Assembly (NCBI GenBank): GCA_905178155.1
Contig: CAJINV010000038.1
Coordinates: 17,278-59,647, forward strand
DNA: 42,370 nt
Reading direction: 5' to 3'
From: Amoebophrya sp. A120
Taxonomy: Eukaryota > Protista > Dinoflagellata
Part shown: one piece after another, positions 22,440 to 34,180 of the stretch
Layout of the letters: the number at the start of each line of letters is the position of its first letter
Numbering within the stretch: position 1 is the first letter of the stretch
The notes under the pieces: generated by a model
The model's database searches: none
Seen by the model: the letters and a program-made list of their open reading frames with translations, nothing else
What the model was told of the DNA's origin: nothing
Position numbers and translations under genes: made by a program

Positions 22440-22899
22440 CTTGAAACACACGAGAGAAGAAAACCTTCACCCGGATTCCGTGTATCCAATATGAACAAAC
22501 AAACACGCAGCTCGGACAACTCGGAGGCGTAGCTAGTTGTTCAGGTGTTCTACTGGATGTAAATCTTCGGCGTTTAGCTTGCCGTCTGCCTTTCGAAAAT
22601 GCCGAAGTTTAGCACGTGCGCGTAGCATTGCTATCATCCTAATTACAACGACTCACACTTCCGAGCAGAGCCACAAGCATGCTGCAGAAGATATTGATCC
22701 CAATAAGAGTAGTACGCCGCGTGGCTAGAAAAACAGCGGCGGTTGGATTTGAACAGTTGTCTTGCCCTCATTCACGTTGTTCGCCCAGACAATCATGAAA
22801 AAACAAAGATGCGAGTGCTCAGCTTAAGTAGAACAGCGCCCCTATTTTTGTTGATAGCATTGCACAACGTGAACGTGGCGGCCCTCTACTTTTTTTTTT

Positions 22900-24005
22900 G
22901 GTAAAACAAGGAATCAATTTAAGTTCATGGAATCAAGTTAATTGGAATCAAGTTAAACCTGGAGTCAGGTTATATGGAATCAAGTTAAACCTGGAATCAA
23001 GTTAGAGGGAATCAAGTTACTCTCTGGAATCAAGTTGAATGGAATCAAATAAACCGCCACAACTTCATCCCCATCAATCCTTCGCCTCGCAATGCCTCGC
23101 CGACCTTGGAAGAATCTGCTGCTCTTTTTGTGCTTTGTGATGGCCATACCCTCGTGCCTAAAGTTCTCCTAACTGTTTTTCAAACGCGGCCACGTTTATC
23201 AAACATGCCTGGCTTTTCTTGCTCTGGTGGATAGAGACGTGGCGAATAATGTTAGAGCTAAGCTCCTCCTCCTTCGCGCGCCCGTCGTGTTTTGCGGCCC
23301 TCTTTCGAAAGTTGTCGGGGCTTTCGCCTTCCGAAGTTCCCGGGATTCGTTCCATGTGTTTCTCCTTCCTTCGCAAGGTGTGTTTCTCTGGGGATTCCCT
23401 TTTCATTTCGCCGTCCCTCGGAAGATCCATCCGTCCCTCTCGGAGTTCCATGCCCGTTTCGCCTTCTCTCGGAAGAGTCACTGCTCTCGGGATTCCGCCT
23501 CCACTTCGCCTTCCTGGGGATGGTGTCAGTCTCGGGGGATTCCGTTTCGCCTTCCAGCAGGTGTCTCAGGGGACTCCATTTCGCCCTCCTGTGGAAGGTG
23601 TCTTTGGGGATTGGCAGGGCTCTCCTCTCTGGGAGTTCCATCTTGTCTTCCCGATTTCCGGGGTTTCCGCCTGCGGCACTAAGGGGCCGAAGCTTTACCT
23701 CAGGCGTTTGGCGTTTGCCTTCGCCTTGGGGAGATCCGGGCTTTTTACCTTCGGAAGCGCCGAAGCTTTCACCTTCGGAGGCTTCGAAGCTTCTCTGGCT
23801 TCGGCAGCCCCGGGCGTCTCGCCTTCGGAAGCTCTGGCGGGTCTCTCCCCGGCGTAAGGTCCGCAGCTTGATTTCCTCTCGGGGGTGTCGGAGTTGTTTA
23901 CTTCCTGGCCGGCGCGAAGCTTTCGCCACCGACTCCCGATTGAATGGCCCGAGCTTATTTACACCTCCTGCGCGACGGGGGCTTTTCGGGGTTTTTCTGT
24001 GCCCG
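22900..24005 (+). mobile_element. Truncated copy of the GGAATCAAGTT-array element (left end plus interior)
   Basis: Starts GGTAAAACAAGGAATCAA, has about 9 GGAATCAAGTT units, then is colinear with 37672-38775. No right-end array. Confidence 0.85.
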
Positions 24006-24467
24006 TGCTCTATTGCGATCGGGAGTGGGTGTTCGAGCTTTATTTGCGATCCACAGGCAAAGCGCACAGACTGCGAATTCATGCACGGCTTTGACCGAAG
24101 AGGCTTTTGATTTTGCCTAGAAAAGTTTTCTAAGAAAACGACATATATTTTTGAATCGCCAGCATATCCACCATATTCACTAATATCAAAGCTGCATCAG
24201 TAATTATGAGTCACAGCTTTTACATCAAGAGTCAGGGACAAACTACTGTCGCGAACCGAGATCTTCAACACTCACTGACAGATTTCCTTTGTACTCACGA
24301 CTATGATCGCATGACACAACCGAGTAGATCGCTACAGTTTTACTTTTAGAGAACGGACGAACGACATCGAAAAAATCGATTGCCATCGACTTTCGAATTC
24401 GAACACGGTGATAGGACAATAGGAACAAGAAAAAAGGCACCAGCAGAGAGGCAGAGAGTATGAGTAC

Positions 24468-27400
24468 TTGCAACTCGTGTTTCGATATCGGCGATGGGAC
24501 AAGAAACCATTTCTTTGCAATGAAAATCGACAAGAACCGTTGCACTTTTTCATTTTTCTAGATCTACGAGCTCGAACCAACTCCCACACCGACCCGGTAG
24601 TAAATCTCGCGTGGTTTGTTTCCCTGCATACAAACAGTCGGCTAATCGTCTTCCACACGCTACTTATCCAACTGGAACACGCTTGGCAGCGACACCTGGA
24701 GAAAGTGATTTCTGCACATTCAACAGGACGGCACGGCAGCAACAATACCCTGGAGGTTGTCTGGTTAAGGACCGGACATCCTGAGACAAGTGCGGGAAGG
24801 CAGGAAAACAACAGCACGCTCTCAGGAAGCAAATCCCAGGGAGGTACAAGCGCCAGCGCAACGCCTGGATTTTCGACCACGCCGGGGTCGTTTTCGACCA
24901 CGCCCGGATCGTTTTCCACCACGCCCGGGTTTACCTCAAGTGTGTCTTCGGCCGCATCTGTATCGGGGTGCACTAGCTCCGTTTGCGCAGGAGGGCGAAA
25001 CACGCCGTTTGTTCCGGTAGATTCGAACAACAACAGGAGACCTTCAAGCAGTGGCGCAACGCCCACACTTGTAAACGCAGCTGTTTCTTCTGGCACCACG
25101 ATGAGCAGTTGTGCAACATCAACTTTGAAAAAGCCGGCGGACGTCGTCGCCGCAGCTCCTTCGCAAAAGTCACTAAAAAGCGCAGGAGGCAGTTCTGGAG
25201 GTGCCAAGAAAGGGAATGACAGTTCTTCCGCATCGTCCTCCTCCTCAGATAGTTCGAACTCCAGCGACGACTCTTCCTCGGACGAGGAGAGCAAGAAAAA
25301 ACAAAACGCAGCGGCGACGAAGCCGGAGACCGGACTGGAGAAGGTCACTGCGACTAATTCTGTGTCCGCTCCCTCCGGTATTACTAAGGAAGCCGGTCTA
25401 GTAGCAGCTGCACCTAGAGCAGGAGATTGCGTTGAGACCAGTGGTACGAGCACGGCGAAGAAGAAAAAAGGAAAGGGAAAAGCCGCTGGAAAGCGCGCCG
25501 GTGCAGCCGCCAAAAAAGTTGCAGACACCGCGGAAGATGAAAGTGCGAAGGGTACTACTCAACAACCTGGCACGACGACTACAGCAAGTGCAAGTGGCGG
25601 GGACAAGAAACAAGTTTCTTCTGTACCGGCAGATGAAGCCGATGCTCAAGAACAAGACAAGCCGAAAAGAAAGGGAAGAGGAAAAGCGAAGAAAAACAAA
25701 GCTGACGTCGACAAAAAAGTAGAGAGTGCTGAAGTAAAAGCTGGCGCCACGACGACACAGACTCCTGGGGTAGAAGTCGGAGTAGTTTCTTCATCTTCTT
25801 CTACAACTACTAGCAACAAGCGGCCAGCAGCACCGAGTGGTCCGGATCATGAGCGCAATGTGGATATTAAAAACGACCAGGAGAATCACGCGATAAAGAG
25901 GGCCAACACGAACTCCGATCTATCCACTGTCGCAGCTGGTGTAACCTCATCATTGAAACAGAATGCAGCCGCAGCGCAGGCCCTGTCTTTGGAGCAGGTA
26001 CAACTAGCGGATGCGAAGAAGATATTCAACGACCCAAGCACCAGCGCAGCCGTCGTGGGTTCTTCTTCTAAACAAGTAGACAAGATGAAGCCAGCTAATC
26101 GGTCGTCTTCCGAAAAGTCGAGCAGTTCCTCTAAGTCCGGCTCATCTTCGTCCTCTTCATCGAGTAGCAAAAGTAGCTCCTCCGGCTCCGACTCCGACTC
26201 CGACAGCTCGACGTCCTCGCGGGACTCGCACGGCAACCCGAATGTGGACCCGGCGCTGCAGGAGGACGATGACGTGTCCGATGTGGAATCAGAGAAGGAA
26301 GATGACGCGGGGGAGCAGGAGGCCAAGAAAAAGCTCCTGGAAGGCTTGCGGCAGACCCACCCGGTGTTCACGCGAATACTAGACGACACGCCGGAGAAGC
26401 GAGCGTTGTTTGCGCAGCAGGAGATGAAGCGGCAATCCTCGGAGTTTAAGAAGGACCTGGAGCAGAAAAAGCTTTTGTGCCGACGCTCTCTGGAACACCG
26501 GGCGAGGACCAACGTGCAGAATATACAAAAGAGCACAGCTTTGAAACACCCAATAGCTTTCGACGACTTGAGCCTTATCTTGCAGCAGGTACTGATGTCG
26601 TGAAATTTGCGTTTGTTGTTTGGTGTTGTAGCTGTGTGCTGAAAGAAGTAGAGGTGTTCGTTGCTGCAGCTAGTACCTGTGTCGACGTCATATGCTAATC
26701 TATATACTATAGGGGCAAGATATGTATTTGTTCCTCCCAAAGCTTCTGAAGGTTTGACCTTCTGAAGACCTTCTGACGCTCAAAACTTGATTTTTGGGCT
26801 TCAGAAGGTAAAAAAATATAGTCGTCTACTTTTCATGTTAAAAAACGCAGAATTAGCTCGCGCAAATCAAATTCTGGCTCATTTTTTACAACCTTCAGAA
26901 GGTCCAACCTTCTGAAGGTTTTTTTTCACCTTCTGAAGAATTTTCTCGATTTTTCGACAAAAAAACCTTCAGAAGGCAAAAAAATGACTTTGAAAAACCT
27001 TCAGAAGGTAGGCATTCTTCTGAAGGTTTGGTTCGTTTCATGAAATTGCAAACCTTCAGAAGGTTGCGAGTTTTTACAGGCAAAAAATGAACAAAAATCG
27101 AAACACCTACAAAAACCTTCAGAAGACTAAAAATCTTCTGAAGGTTTTTCACAAATTGTCTCGTTTTTAAAAAAGTGCAAAAATTAAAATTCGCCCACCT
27201 TCAGAAGAATTTGACTTCCCATTCTTCTGAAGGTGAACCTTCTGAAGACTCTCCAGAAGATATTGCACAAATTGGCTTTTTTGATGTGCGCGAAACTGTT
27301 TACTCGACTAAAAAAGGCCTCTTTTGTGACAGCCATTGTTCAAAAAATGAAACAAACCTTCAGAAGCTCTTCAGAAGCTTCGTCGCTGTTTGCATTTTGA

Positions 27401-30400
27401 ATGCGCAGTTGCTTTTTTTTCCAGCGCAGACGACAAAAATGCAAAGCACTACAGTCCGCTTTTTTTTCATGGCTCGGAGCCTCCCGCTCCGATAGAATAG
27501 CTCAGCGGAAAATTTTCGCTGCTCTTGTTGGGGAAAGATTTTCGCTCTCGGGCCTTCGGCCGCGTCCGACCGACGCAGCTACTCGACGAGGAACCGCTAC
27601 GCCGCATCAGTCTGGCGATGGAAAGGCAACAAATTGGAAAAAAAAAGTGAAAGAAGTAAGATGCTCTCGATGAGATCTCAGTGAGATTTCAGTGAGTCTC
27701 GCTCTAGAAAAAGTGAGATCTCAGCGAGATCTTACTTCCTAAGAAGTCTCACGGTCCGAATCAACTCTCCGAGAGGGCCCAAAAGTAAAACTTTGAAAAA
27801 AGTAAGATCTCGCTGAGATCTCACTTTCTGAGACATCGCACTTTTGGGCCGCCAAGTGAGATTTTGAAAAAAGTGAGAGCTCCCTGAGATTTTCTGAGAA
27901 GTCTCACCTTTGGGCCGCCCGAAAGTGAGATTTTTAAAAAAGTTGTGAGATCTCACTCCTTTTCCGGTGCGGCAGTGAGCACGTTCTTTTTTCTTTCATA
28001 ACCAACGGGAAGAACAAACACAATGCTTGCCCCGCGACGCAGTCGCGGGGAGTGGTTCTTAAGTACAAGTATGCAAATGCATGATGATGATTCAAATGTA
28101 AATGAGCAAAGCTACAGCGACTATTACTCAATCAGGTTTTCGACAACGAGGGCAACAAGGTGGCCAAAAGTATCCGGCAGTTTGAGGATCCGGCCAAGAA
28201 GGTCCAGAGCCTGACGATCGGGGTGACGAACGGTCGCTCCAAGGGCGGCGTGCTGTGTAAGGACAACGAGCTCATCGTGGACATGGAGAAGGTGAGACGG
28301 GCGGCGAAGAGTAGAAGTGGCACTGGTGCTGGTAGTTCTTCGAGTTACGCCAGTAGTTCGACGCTGCACCGCTTTGGCGCCCCAGCGGCTCCGCAGCAGC
28401 TGAAGTTTGTGGGCGGCAAGCTGGTGATTCCGAAAGAGCCCTCGGGTTTGAAAAGGCAAAAGCGAGGGGAAAAGCAAGCGCTGAAGAAAGCAAACAACGC
28501 GTTGCCGAACAGTGGCGAGTTTGTGAATTTGAACGAAAGCGAAGAAGTGTTGGCGAAAGTGCTCGCATTTTTCAAGTGCGACAAATTCGTCACGAATGGC
28601 AGCACCTGCTTCCAAAAGATCTCCTTCAAGAACAAGCCGCGGGAGCGAAATTTGTGCAAAGCGATTTGGATGATAGAGGAGGAAAACAAGTACGGAATCA
28701 AACACCCGAGGAACCGCGCGACGGTGAAAACAGCAACGTCGGGAACGAAAGAGGAGAGTAGTGCAACCGCTTCGACGAGCGCGCAGACAGCCACGCCTGG
28801 GTTCGATAGCAATGTCGCCTCTTCCTCCCCTCCCGGGGGCGCGGGAATGAATCATGACGCACAGCAACAAGGTGATCTTCCAACGAGCGCCGCGAGCTCA
28901 TTCTCGGCTCCTGCTTACCTGGACAAGGATTTCGAGGCAGCGCAGAAAAAATTGCAGAAGTTGAAGATGCGGGAGAAGAAGTGCAATGACGTTTTCGACA
29001 AGTACCGGCCGCTGAGCAACACGATTACCGAACTCAACAAATTTGTCTGTCCAACACACATCCAAGAGGAGCTGGGCCCGCAGAAGCTGGCGGAGGAACG
29101 GTTTCTACTCGATTACAAGACCACGGGGTGCGTCATCCAGGATGAGGTCTTGCTTCAGGACGTCTACCAGGCGGAGCGGCCGAACCAGCTAAGTTACACC
29201 AGTATCGTGGTCCACAAAAACGCGAAGACCGAGATCCACACGGATAGGGGGAACGTAGGGCTTAGCGAGATCTGCTGTTGTGGGGATTACGAGGGCGGCG
29301 GTTTTTTTGAGTACGATCCGAGTTTGACTTTAGAAGATTTGAAGAATCAGCCTGGAGAAAGGACGGATAAGCTGCCCCCCGTTCACAAGCCCGTGGACGG
29401 GCGGATTGTTCCGCTCGAGGTGAAAAAGGAGGTGGCGCTGGACCAGAACGAACGAAGAATAAAAGTATCGGTGTAGCGAAAACGATGATCCGCGTCGCAC
29501 AGGAAATCATCCGAAGCGATTTCCGTGCCGCGATGTGCTACGCGAAAAGAGACATCAGTCAAGTCTACCAGCGCGAGGCCGTTGCGGTCGATGAGAAACC
29601 GAGCTTCCTGTCGGATTTCATCCAGAGTATGTACGATAAATTTCCGCACGCAAAGGACCGAAAAACTGCTATGGGGTGCGTCGATGACACCGATCTGGAA
29701 ATCGCTTTCCGAAAAATCGACGCGGGACCCAGATTGCCGGTGGTTACAGCGATGATTGCAGAACATTTCGAGATAATGGCAGAGGTGACAAAAACTTTCT
29801 TGGCGGTCAGAAAATGCGAAGCAATCGTGATAAGCCATGACGACTCCCAGGATGCCGCGACCGAGTGCAACGAGCTGGCCACCGCGATCCAGCAAAGCCT
29901 TCGAATTTTCGGGAAAACGATAAGGATAGTTAAAAGCGCCAAACTCTTCGGATTCCCAATTGCTTGCCAAGTAGGAAGTATCTACCGCTCCGCCTGCCGC
30001 CAACACCTCTGCTTCGCATTAGCTATCACCCGAGAGGTTTTCCGGTTACTGGGCAACAAACCGACGCTGGAAGACTTCAATCAAGTCCCAGGGTGGGCTA
30101 CAACGAGCAGAGTGCGTCACCTCCTCGTGGTGCTGAAATACTACGACGAACCTCTGTTCAACGAGATAACGAACGAAATAGCAGTGCGCTTGATGCAATT
30201 CTACGGAGTCACATCAAAAAACCTGAGCCGGTTCGTTCGGGGTTTCGCAGAGGCCGAAGGGGAGCCGATTTCTGCCGGGGACATCTTCTTCGCAGGGGTG
30301 ATGGGAATAAAAAATTGGAAAGAAAGATACGACAGGACGATCCGGAGGGCGGCCACGAGCGAGCTGATCGCGTTGAACGAGACGCGCTACGACTTCCTCC

Positions 30401-33079
30401 TACAAGCGGCGTGCTGGGGCTTATCGGGCACCGAAAAAGAGGATAGGTTAAGACTTCTGACGAGCGACGAGATGAAGTTTGCGCTCCCCCACAGAATCAG
30501 CTATGATCTACTTCGCGCTAATTCGACCATGCGGAAAGAAGGTGTGACGATCCAGCACGAGAACGAGTCCGATTCCGACGAGCCCGCGACCGACACCCGG
30601 GGAGACGACGTGTTCTACCGGGGCAGGAACAATACTGCCTACCTGAAGACGAGTTCAGGGAGGCGCTTCGCAGCAAATATAATGCTGCCGGACGCCAATC
30701 TCATGAAGCCTTCAGTTGCCGCCAACGCAGCTTACGCGAAAAACGTGGCGGAACTAGTACTTCGATATGGGGATCTCCTCACCGGTAGGACGACATGGAT
30801 ATTTTCCCTGTCACTAGCTGCGGTAAAAAAGAACCCGGCTACGGCGCACGAGATTTATGCCGCTGCCGCAGACGTCGCTAAGAAGAAGCAAGGCTCAGAG
30901 AGACCCGGGCCTCGCTTCCGTATTTCTTCGACGAGCCCGATTTGGAACCAGCGAGAGTGGGCGACTGTGCCACTGGTCTCTTCGAGTGTTGCCGATTTTT
31001 GCTACATTAACCCGAAAGAATGGGACTCCATCGATCCTGCCGCGAACGACACATCCGAAAACGTTTTTGATTTGTTCGAAGACGCCGAGTTATTAACGGA
31101 GAAAGAAGACGACGCCCCCGAGGCGGTAGGAATCGCGATAAACCAAAGAAAAAAAGGAGTTGCGTCCAGGTTCGAAAGCCTCCTCGCCCGCGAAGGATAT
31201 CTTGAGACGGACGAGGCCCCACAAGCCGGCGCCCCAGCCCCGGCGTGACGCCGACCAGGACTTTACGAGAGCTTTCTCTTTGTGTCACTACCGAACTTTG
31301 AGTACGACAAGACCTGTATTTCCGAGCTGTAAACGAGTACGAGAGCCCACTACACTAACGGAGCCACGCTGCACTACGAGCTTTTCTTTGCTGACGTGAT
31401 TTGAGTACGACCTGACCCGCATTTTCGAGCGGAGAACAACGAGCTGGAACATCGAGACCTTATTCCCCGACAGGACGACTTACGAAAGGCTTTTCACATG
31501 ATAGAACAGGACAGTTTTCCTTTGCTGTACTACGAACTCTTATTTGCTGAACTGACTTGTGTACGACCAGACCCGGATATGCGAGCTGAAAACTACAATC
31601 TGGAAGATCGAGTCCAGGACAATTTTCCTTTGCTGTACTACGAACTCTTATTTGCTGAACTGACTTGTGTACGACCAGACCCGGATATGCGAGCTGAAAA
31701 CTACAATCTGGGAGATCGAGTCCTTATTCCTCGCCAAGCCAATCTACGCCAGCCATTCATGTATTGCTTCTCGAAGCGCTTTTTCTTTTTGTATCGTCTT
31801 TCGAGACATTACGTCTTTCGGTCCCATCGATATCATTGTGCGTATAGGTAGTGCTTTTCGAAGCGCCGTTTCACTTTGTATCGTCTTTCGAGACATTACG
31901 ACCTTCGGTCTCATCGGTTTCATTGAAAATCTAGGTATTCATTTGGGCCTTAGGGCTTCTACCGGACTGTTCCCGCGCATGCGAGACATGACCGTGCCAC
32001 AAAGACTGCTAGGCCCCTGGAAGGACAAGGTGCGCACTTTCAAAGTTCGGAGTAAAACGCAAAAGGTAGGCGGACTGATAGAGCCGGCGCGGTATGTGGT
32101 GCTAGGCAGGGAGTACGACATCAAGCACAAAATGCGGCGGATCAACGGCAAGTTCCCCCACGCTACGATGCCGTTCTCCGGATGCCGGTTCTGCGTCGTG
32201 TTCTTCACGCACCAAACCTTCACGCAGTGCTACATGGGCGAGGGGAAAAAGGGGAGCGAGGAGATGCTGAAGAGGCAATTGGCCTGCATGAAGAACTCCT
32301 TCGGATTCTCCCTGCCGGGGGAGGTTGACTGCTGGCGCGCGAGCGCGCAGGCGTCCTGGGACAAGCAGAATGCGCTAACAAAGAAAAGAGCTGCGTTCTG
32401 GGACAGCACGCTTGAGAGGAAGGAGAAGAAACATCACAAGACCATCAGCGACAGAATGGCCCACCTGAAGCGCCTCGGCGAGCCGAAAACGTGGGAAGAA
32501 GTGAAAGACATCGTCGCGGAAGAGGAGGAACACAAAAGGATCAGGAAGCAAGCGTACCACAAAGTGCAAGGTTACCTCTACCGGAAGCGAAAGAGGGCAG
32601 AGGACGTCGCCTTACTGGATCGGGATGCCGCGAAGGCCCTGGAAGCCGGGGCGGATCTGAAGGAAATCAACAAAAAGAAAAAAACCAAGAAGAACCCTAC
32701 GAAGTCGAAGGAGTTCCAGCGAAGGGTGCAAAAGCTGATCGAAGAGGAGACGGCGAACTCCACAGTGCTCCGATACCTGGCGGCGAAGAAGAAAGGTTTA
32801 CTGGCTGGAGGGGGTGCTGGAGCAGCATCTACTTCAGGCGGAGGCATCAACACATCAAGCAAAGCGGTAGGGCAGCAACAGCCCACGACTAACGAATTGA
32901 GATCTTCGCAGCCTTCGAAGCACCAGGCAAATGCATCTGCGGATGCAGGGCGCGAACGAGGTCGCAGCGTTGCACCAAAGAAGCGCGGTCGACCGTCGAA
33001 AGCTGACGCAGAGGGTAAGGGTGATGGCGATGAGGCAAAAAGGGTTAAGGGAGAGGGTTTGGGTTCTTCGGGTAAGTAG
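24468..33079 (+). CDS. Gene 3: TET/JBP-like 2OG-Fe(II) dioxygenase with Ser/Lys-rich disordered N-terminus and C-terminal AT-hook. Approximate exons: (24727)-26588, 28136-29464, ~31934-33079
   Basis: YTSIVVHKNAKTEIHTDRGNVGLSEICCCGDYEGG (HxD at 29237-29245), INGKFPHATMPFSGCRFCVVFF (H 32159, R 32186) and PKKRGRPSK (32975-33001). Phase-0 GT-AG intron at 26589-28135. Start codon unresolved. Confidence 0.7.
24861..24932 (+). repeat. Coding 21-bp tandem repeat (TPG(S)FST)n
   Basis: TPGFSTTPGSFSTTPGSFSTTPGF in ORF 24468. Confidence 0.8.
26740..27380. repeat. CTTC(A/T)GAAG quasi-palindrome array with terminal IR (foldback/MITE-like), intronic
   Basis: About 18 copies in both orientations in an AT-rich background. 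Ends AAGCTTCTGAAG / CTTCAGAAGCTT. Confidence 0.85.
27650..27957. repeat. (A)GTGAGATCTCA motif array, intronic
   Basis: More than 10 copies of TGAGAT(CTC) / (G)TCTCAC around the palindrome GAGATCTC. Confidence 0.8.
29485..31248 (+). CDS. 587-aa nested ORF, possible highly diverged hAT-like (DDE) transposase
   Basis: Intronless ORF in a different frame from the host. AIVISHDDSQD (cf. hAT SlxxDEStD), CRQH (CxxH) and TVPLVSSSVADF (cf. PvtSasvERsF). The motif match is by eye and weak. Confidence 0.5.
   Translation: MIRVAQEIIRSDFRAAMCYAKRDISQVYQREAVAVDEKPSFLSDFIQSMYDKFPHAKDRKTAMGCVDDTDLEIAFRKIDAGPRLPVVTAMIAEHFEIMAEVTKTFLAVRKCEAIVISHDDSQDAATECNELATAIQQSLRIFGKTIRIVKSAKLFGFPIACQVGSIYRSACRQHLCFALAITREVFRLLGNKPTLEDFNQVPGWATTSRVRHLLVVLKYYDEPLFNEITNEIAVRLMQFYGVTSKNLSRFVRGFAEAEGEPISAGDIFFAGVMGIKNWKERYDRTIRRAATSELIALNETRYDFLLQAACWGLSGTEKEDRLRLLTSDEMKFALPHRISYDLLRANSTMRKEGVTIQHENESDSDEPATDTRGDDVFYRGRNNTAYLKTSSGRRFAANIMLPDANLMKPSVAANAAYAKNVAELVLRYGDLLTGRTTWIFSLSLAAVKKNPATAHEIYAAAADVAKKKQGSERPGPRFRISSTSPIWNQREWATVPLVSSSVADFCYINPKEWDSIDPAANDTSENVFDLFEDAELLTEKEDDAPEAVGIAINQRKKGVASRFESLLAREGYLETDEAPQAGAPAPA
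31255..31925. repeat. Sub-terminal tandem repeats of the insertion
   Basis: Near-identical 108-bp pair (31507-31614, 31615-31722) plus two diverged upstream units. ~87-bp pair at 31761-31838 and 31848-31925. Confidence 0.9.
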
Positions 33080-34180
33080 GTTCAGTCTCTTCATCAGCTT
33101 TGCGAATTGAATATCGTCGATCGCGATGAAACTTTTCCAAAAGCCGAGGACCACTTCTTGTTCTTTCGAAGAAAACCGACAAATTCGTTCGAAAAATATT
33201 ATAAATATTGATTTAGATACCTAAGCTAACAAGTTGACCAGTGAGAGCAGGCGTTCCACCCTTTTTACAATAAGATTTATGCCTCACGAAAAATGCGCGG
33301 TACGGGTACCAAGAATGCGACAAATCGATAGACATAGAACTACTAAAGCGACAAAATATAACCAGCGACAAAGAGCTTCTTTTGAGCTAAGGGTCTCCTG
33401 ATGTCCCTTTTTAATCTTGGACATTCGAGCACCTGTCTGCCAGAGACAAGATGCGCATTCCAGAAGAGGTCCCTCATTTTGATGCGTCTTGCTTCCGATT
33501 TCGTTTTCTCTTTATGCTTTTCAATGGACTAGGGAAAACCAAAACGAAAATACGACTAAAAGTATATTGGAAACAGAGCTGCAAGAAACGAGACGCTTCG
33601 AAAGTAGGAGCCGGATGACCAACATCATCTTACTTTTCAGGCGCAGGAGGCAGATGAAACGTGTAGAAGTTGTTCGGTCCGCGATCTATCTTCCTTAGTC
33701 GAAGCTGATTAAAAAGTGAAATGGATTTTTGGGCTTTGTTGGATCAGAGCAAGAACGAACACACTCCACATGGATATTCAGTTGGCAGAAGAAAGTATTA
33801 GAGCTCATCAAGATCATGAGGGATCTTGATGTCTGACTCTGAACGTGAATCCGCAAGATAAATACAAAACGAAAACGCTTTTTTTCATATTTCTTTTCAG
33901 AACAGCGATGCTGAACGCGCCAAGAAAAACCTTGACACGTACCAGAAACAGAAAGCAAAATTAGTATACGTAGACGAGTGATGAAGGGCATGTACTAGAT
34001 TCTCTTCGTTCTCACAGACGACTTCTTTTCAAGTCGGTCCAAATTTTGTCTGGACTAGTAGTTGAACTTCTTCGGCTGTTTTTGATAAATCAACTTTTTT
34101 GATATTTTCTTGTTGCCGCTTTCGCGAAACCGAAACGTAACAAATTTTCTTTGGGCTTTTTTCTTTAACAAAAACGCTTA

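Larger units (their letters stand above)
29466..31933 (+). mobile_element. ~2.47-kb ORF-bearing insertion (putative DNA transposon) splitting the dioxygenase domain
   Basis: Sits between the HxD and H...R halves. Weak in-register end match TA-N10-GAAA(A/C)CGATGA. Left end begins TATC. Removing 2469 nt restores the frame (NERRIK|GIHLGLRAS). Internal ORF plus sub-terminal tandem repeats. Confidence 0.55.

Noticed and set aside
23158-24110. Overlapping 100-270 aa ORFs (also at 37864-38969)
   Set aside because: They lie inside a repeated element, reading frames are not conserved between the two copies, and there are no domain motifs.
24332-26740. Long minus-strand ORFs (24332-25528, 25886-26740; likewise 8698-9558 and 20076-21059)
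   Set aside because: Antisense shadows of GC-rich + strand coding regions.
29474-29485. Stop-codon readthrough or programmed frameshift fusing ORF 28160 to ORF 29485
   Set aside because: The frames differ, and fusion would terminate at 31248 before the distal His/Arg of the dioxygenase. An insertion explains the data better, although fusion is not excluded.
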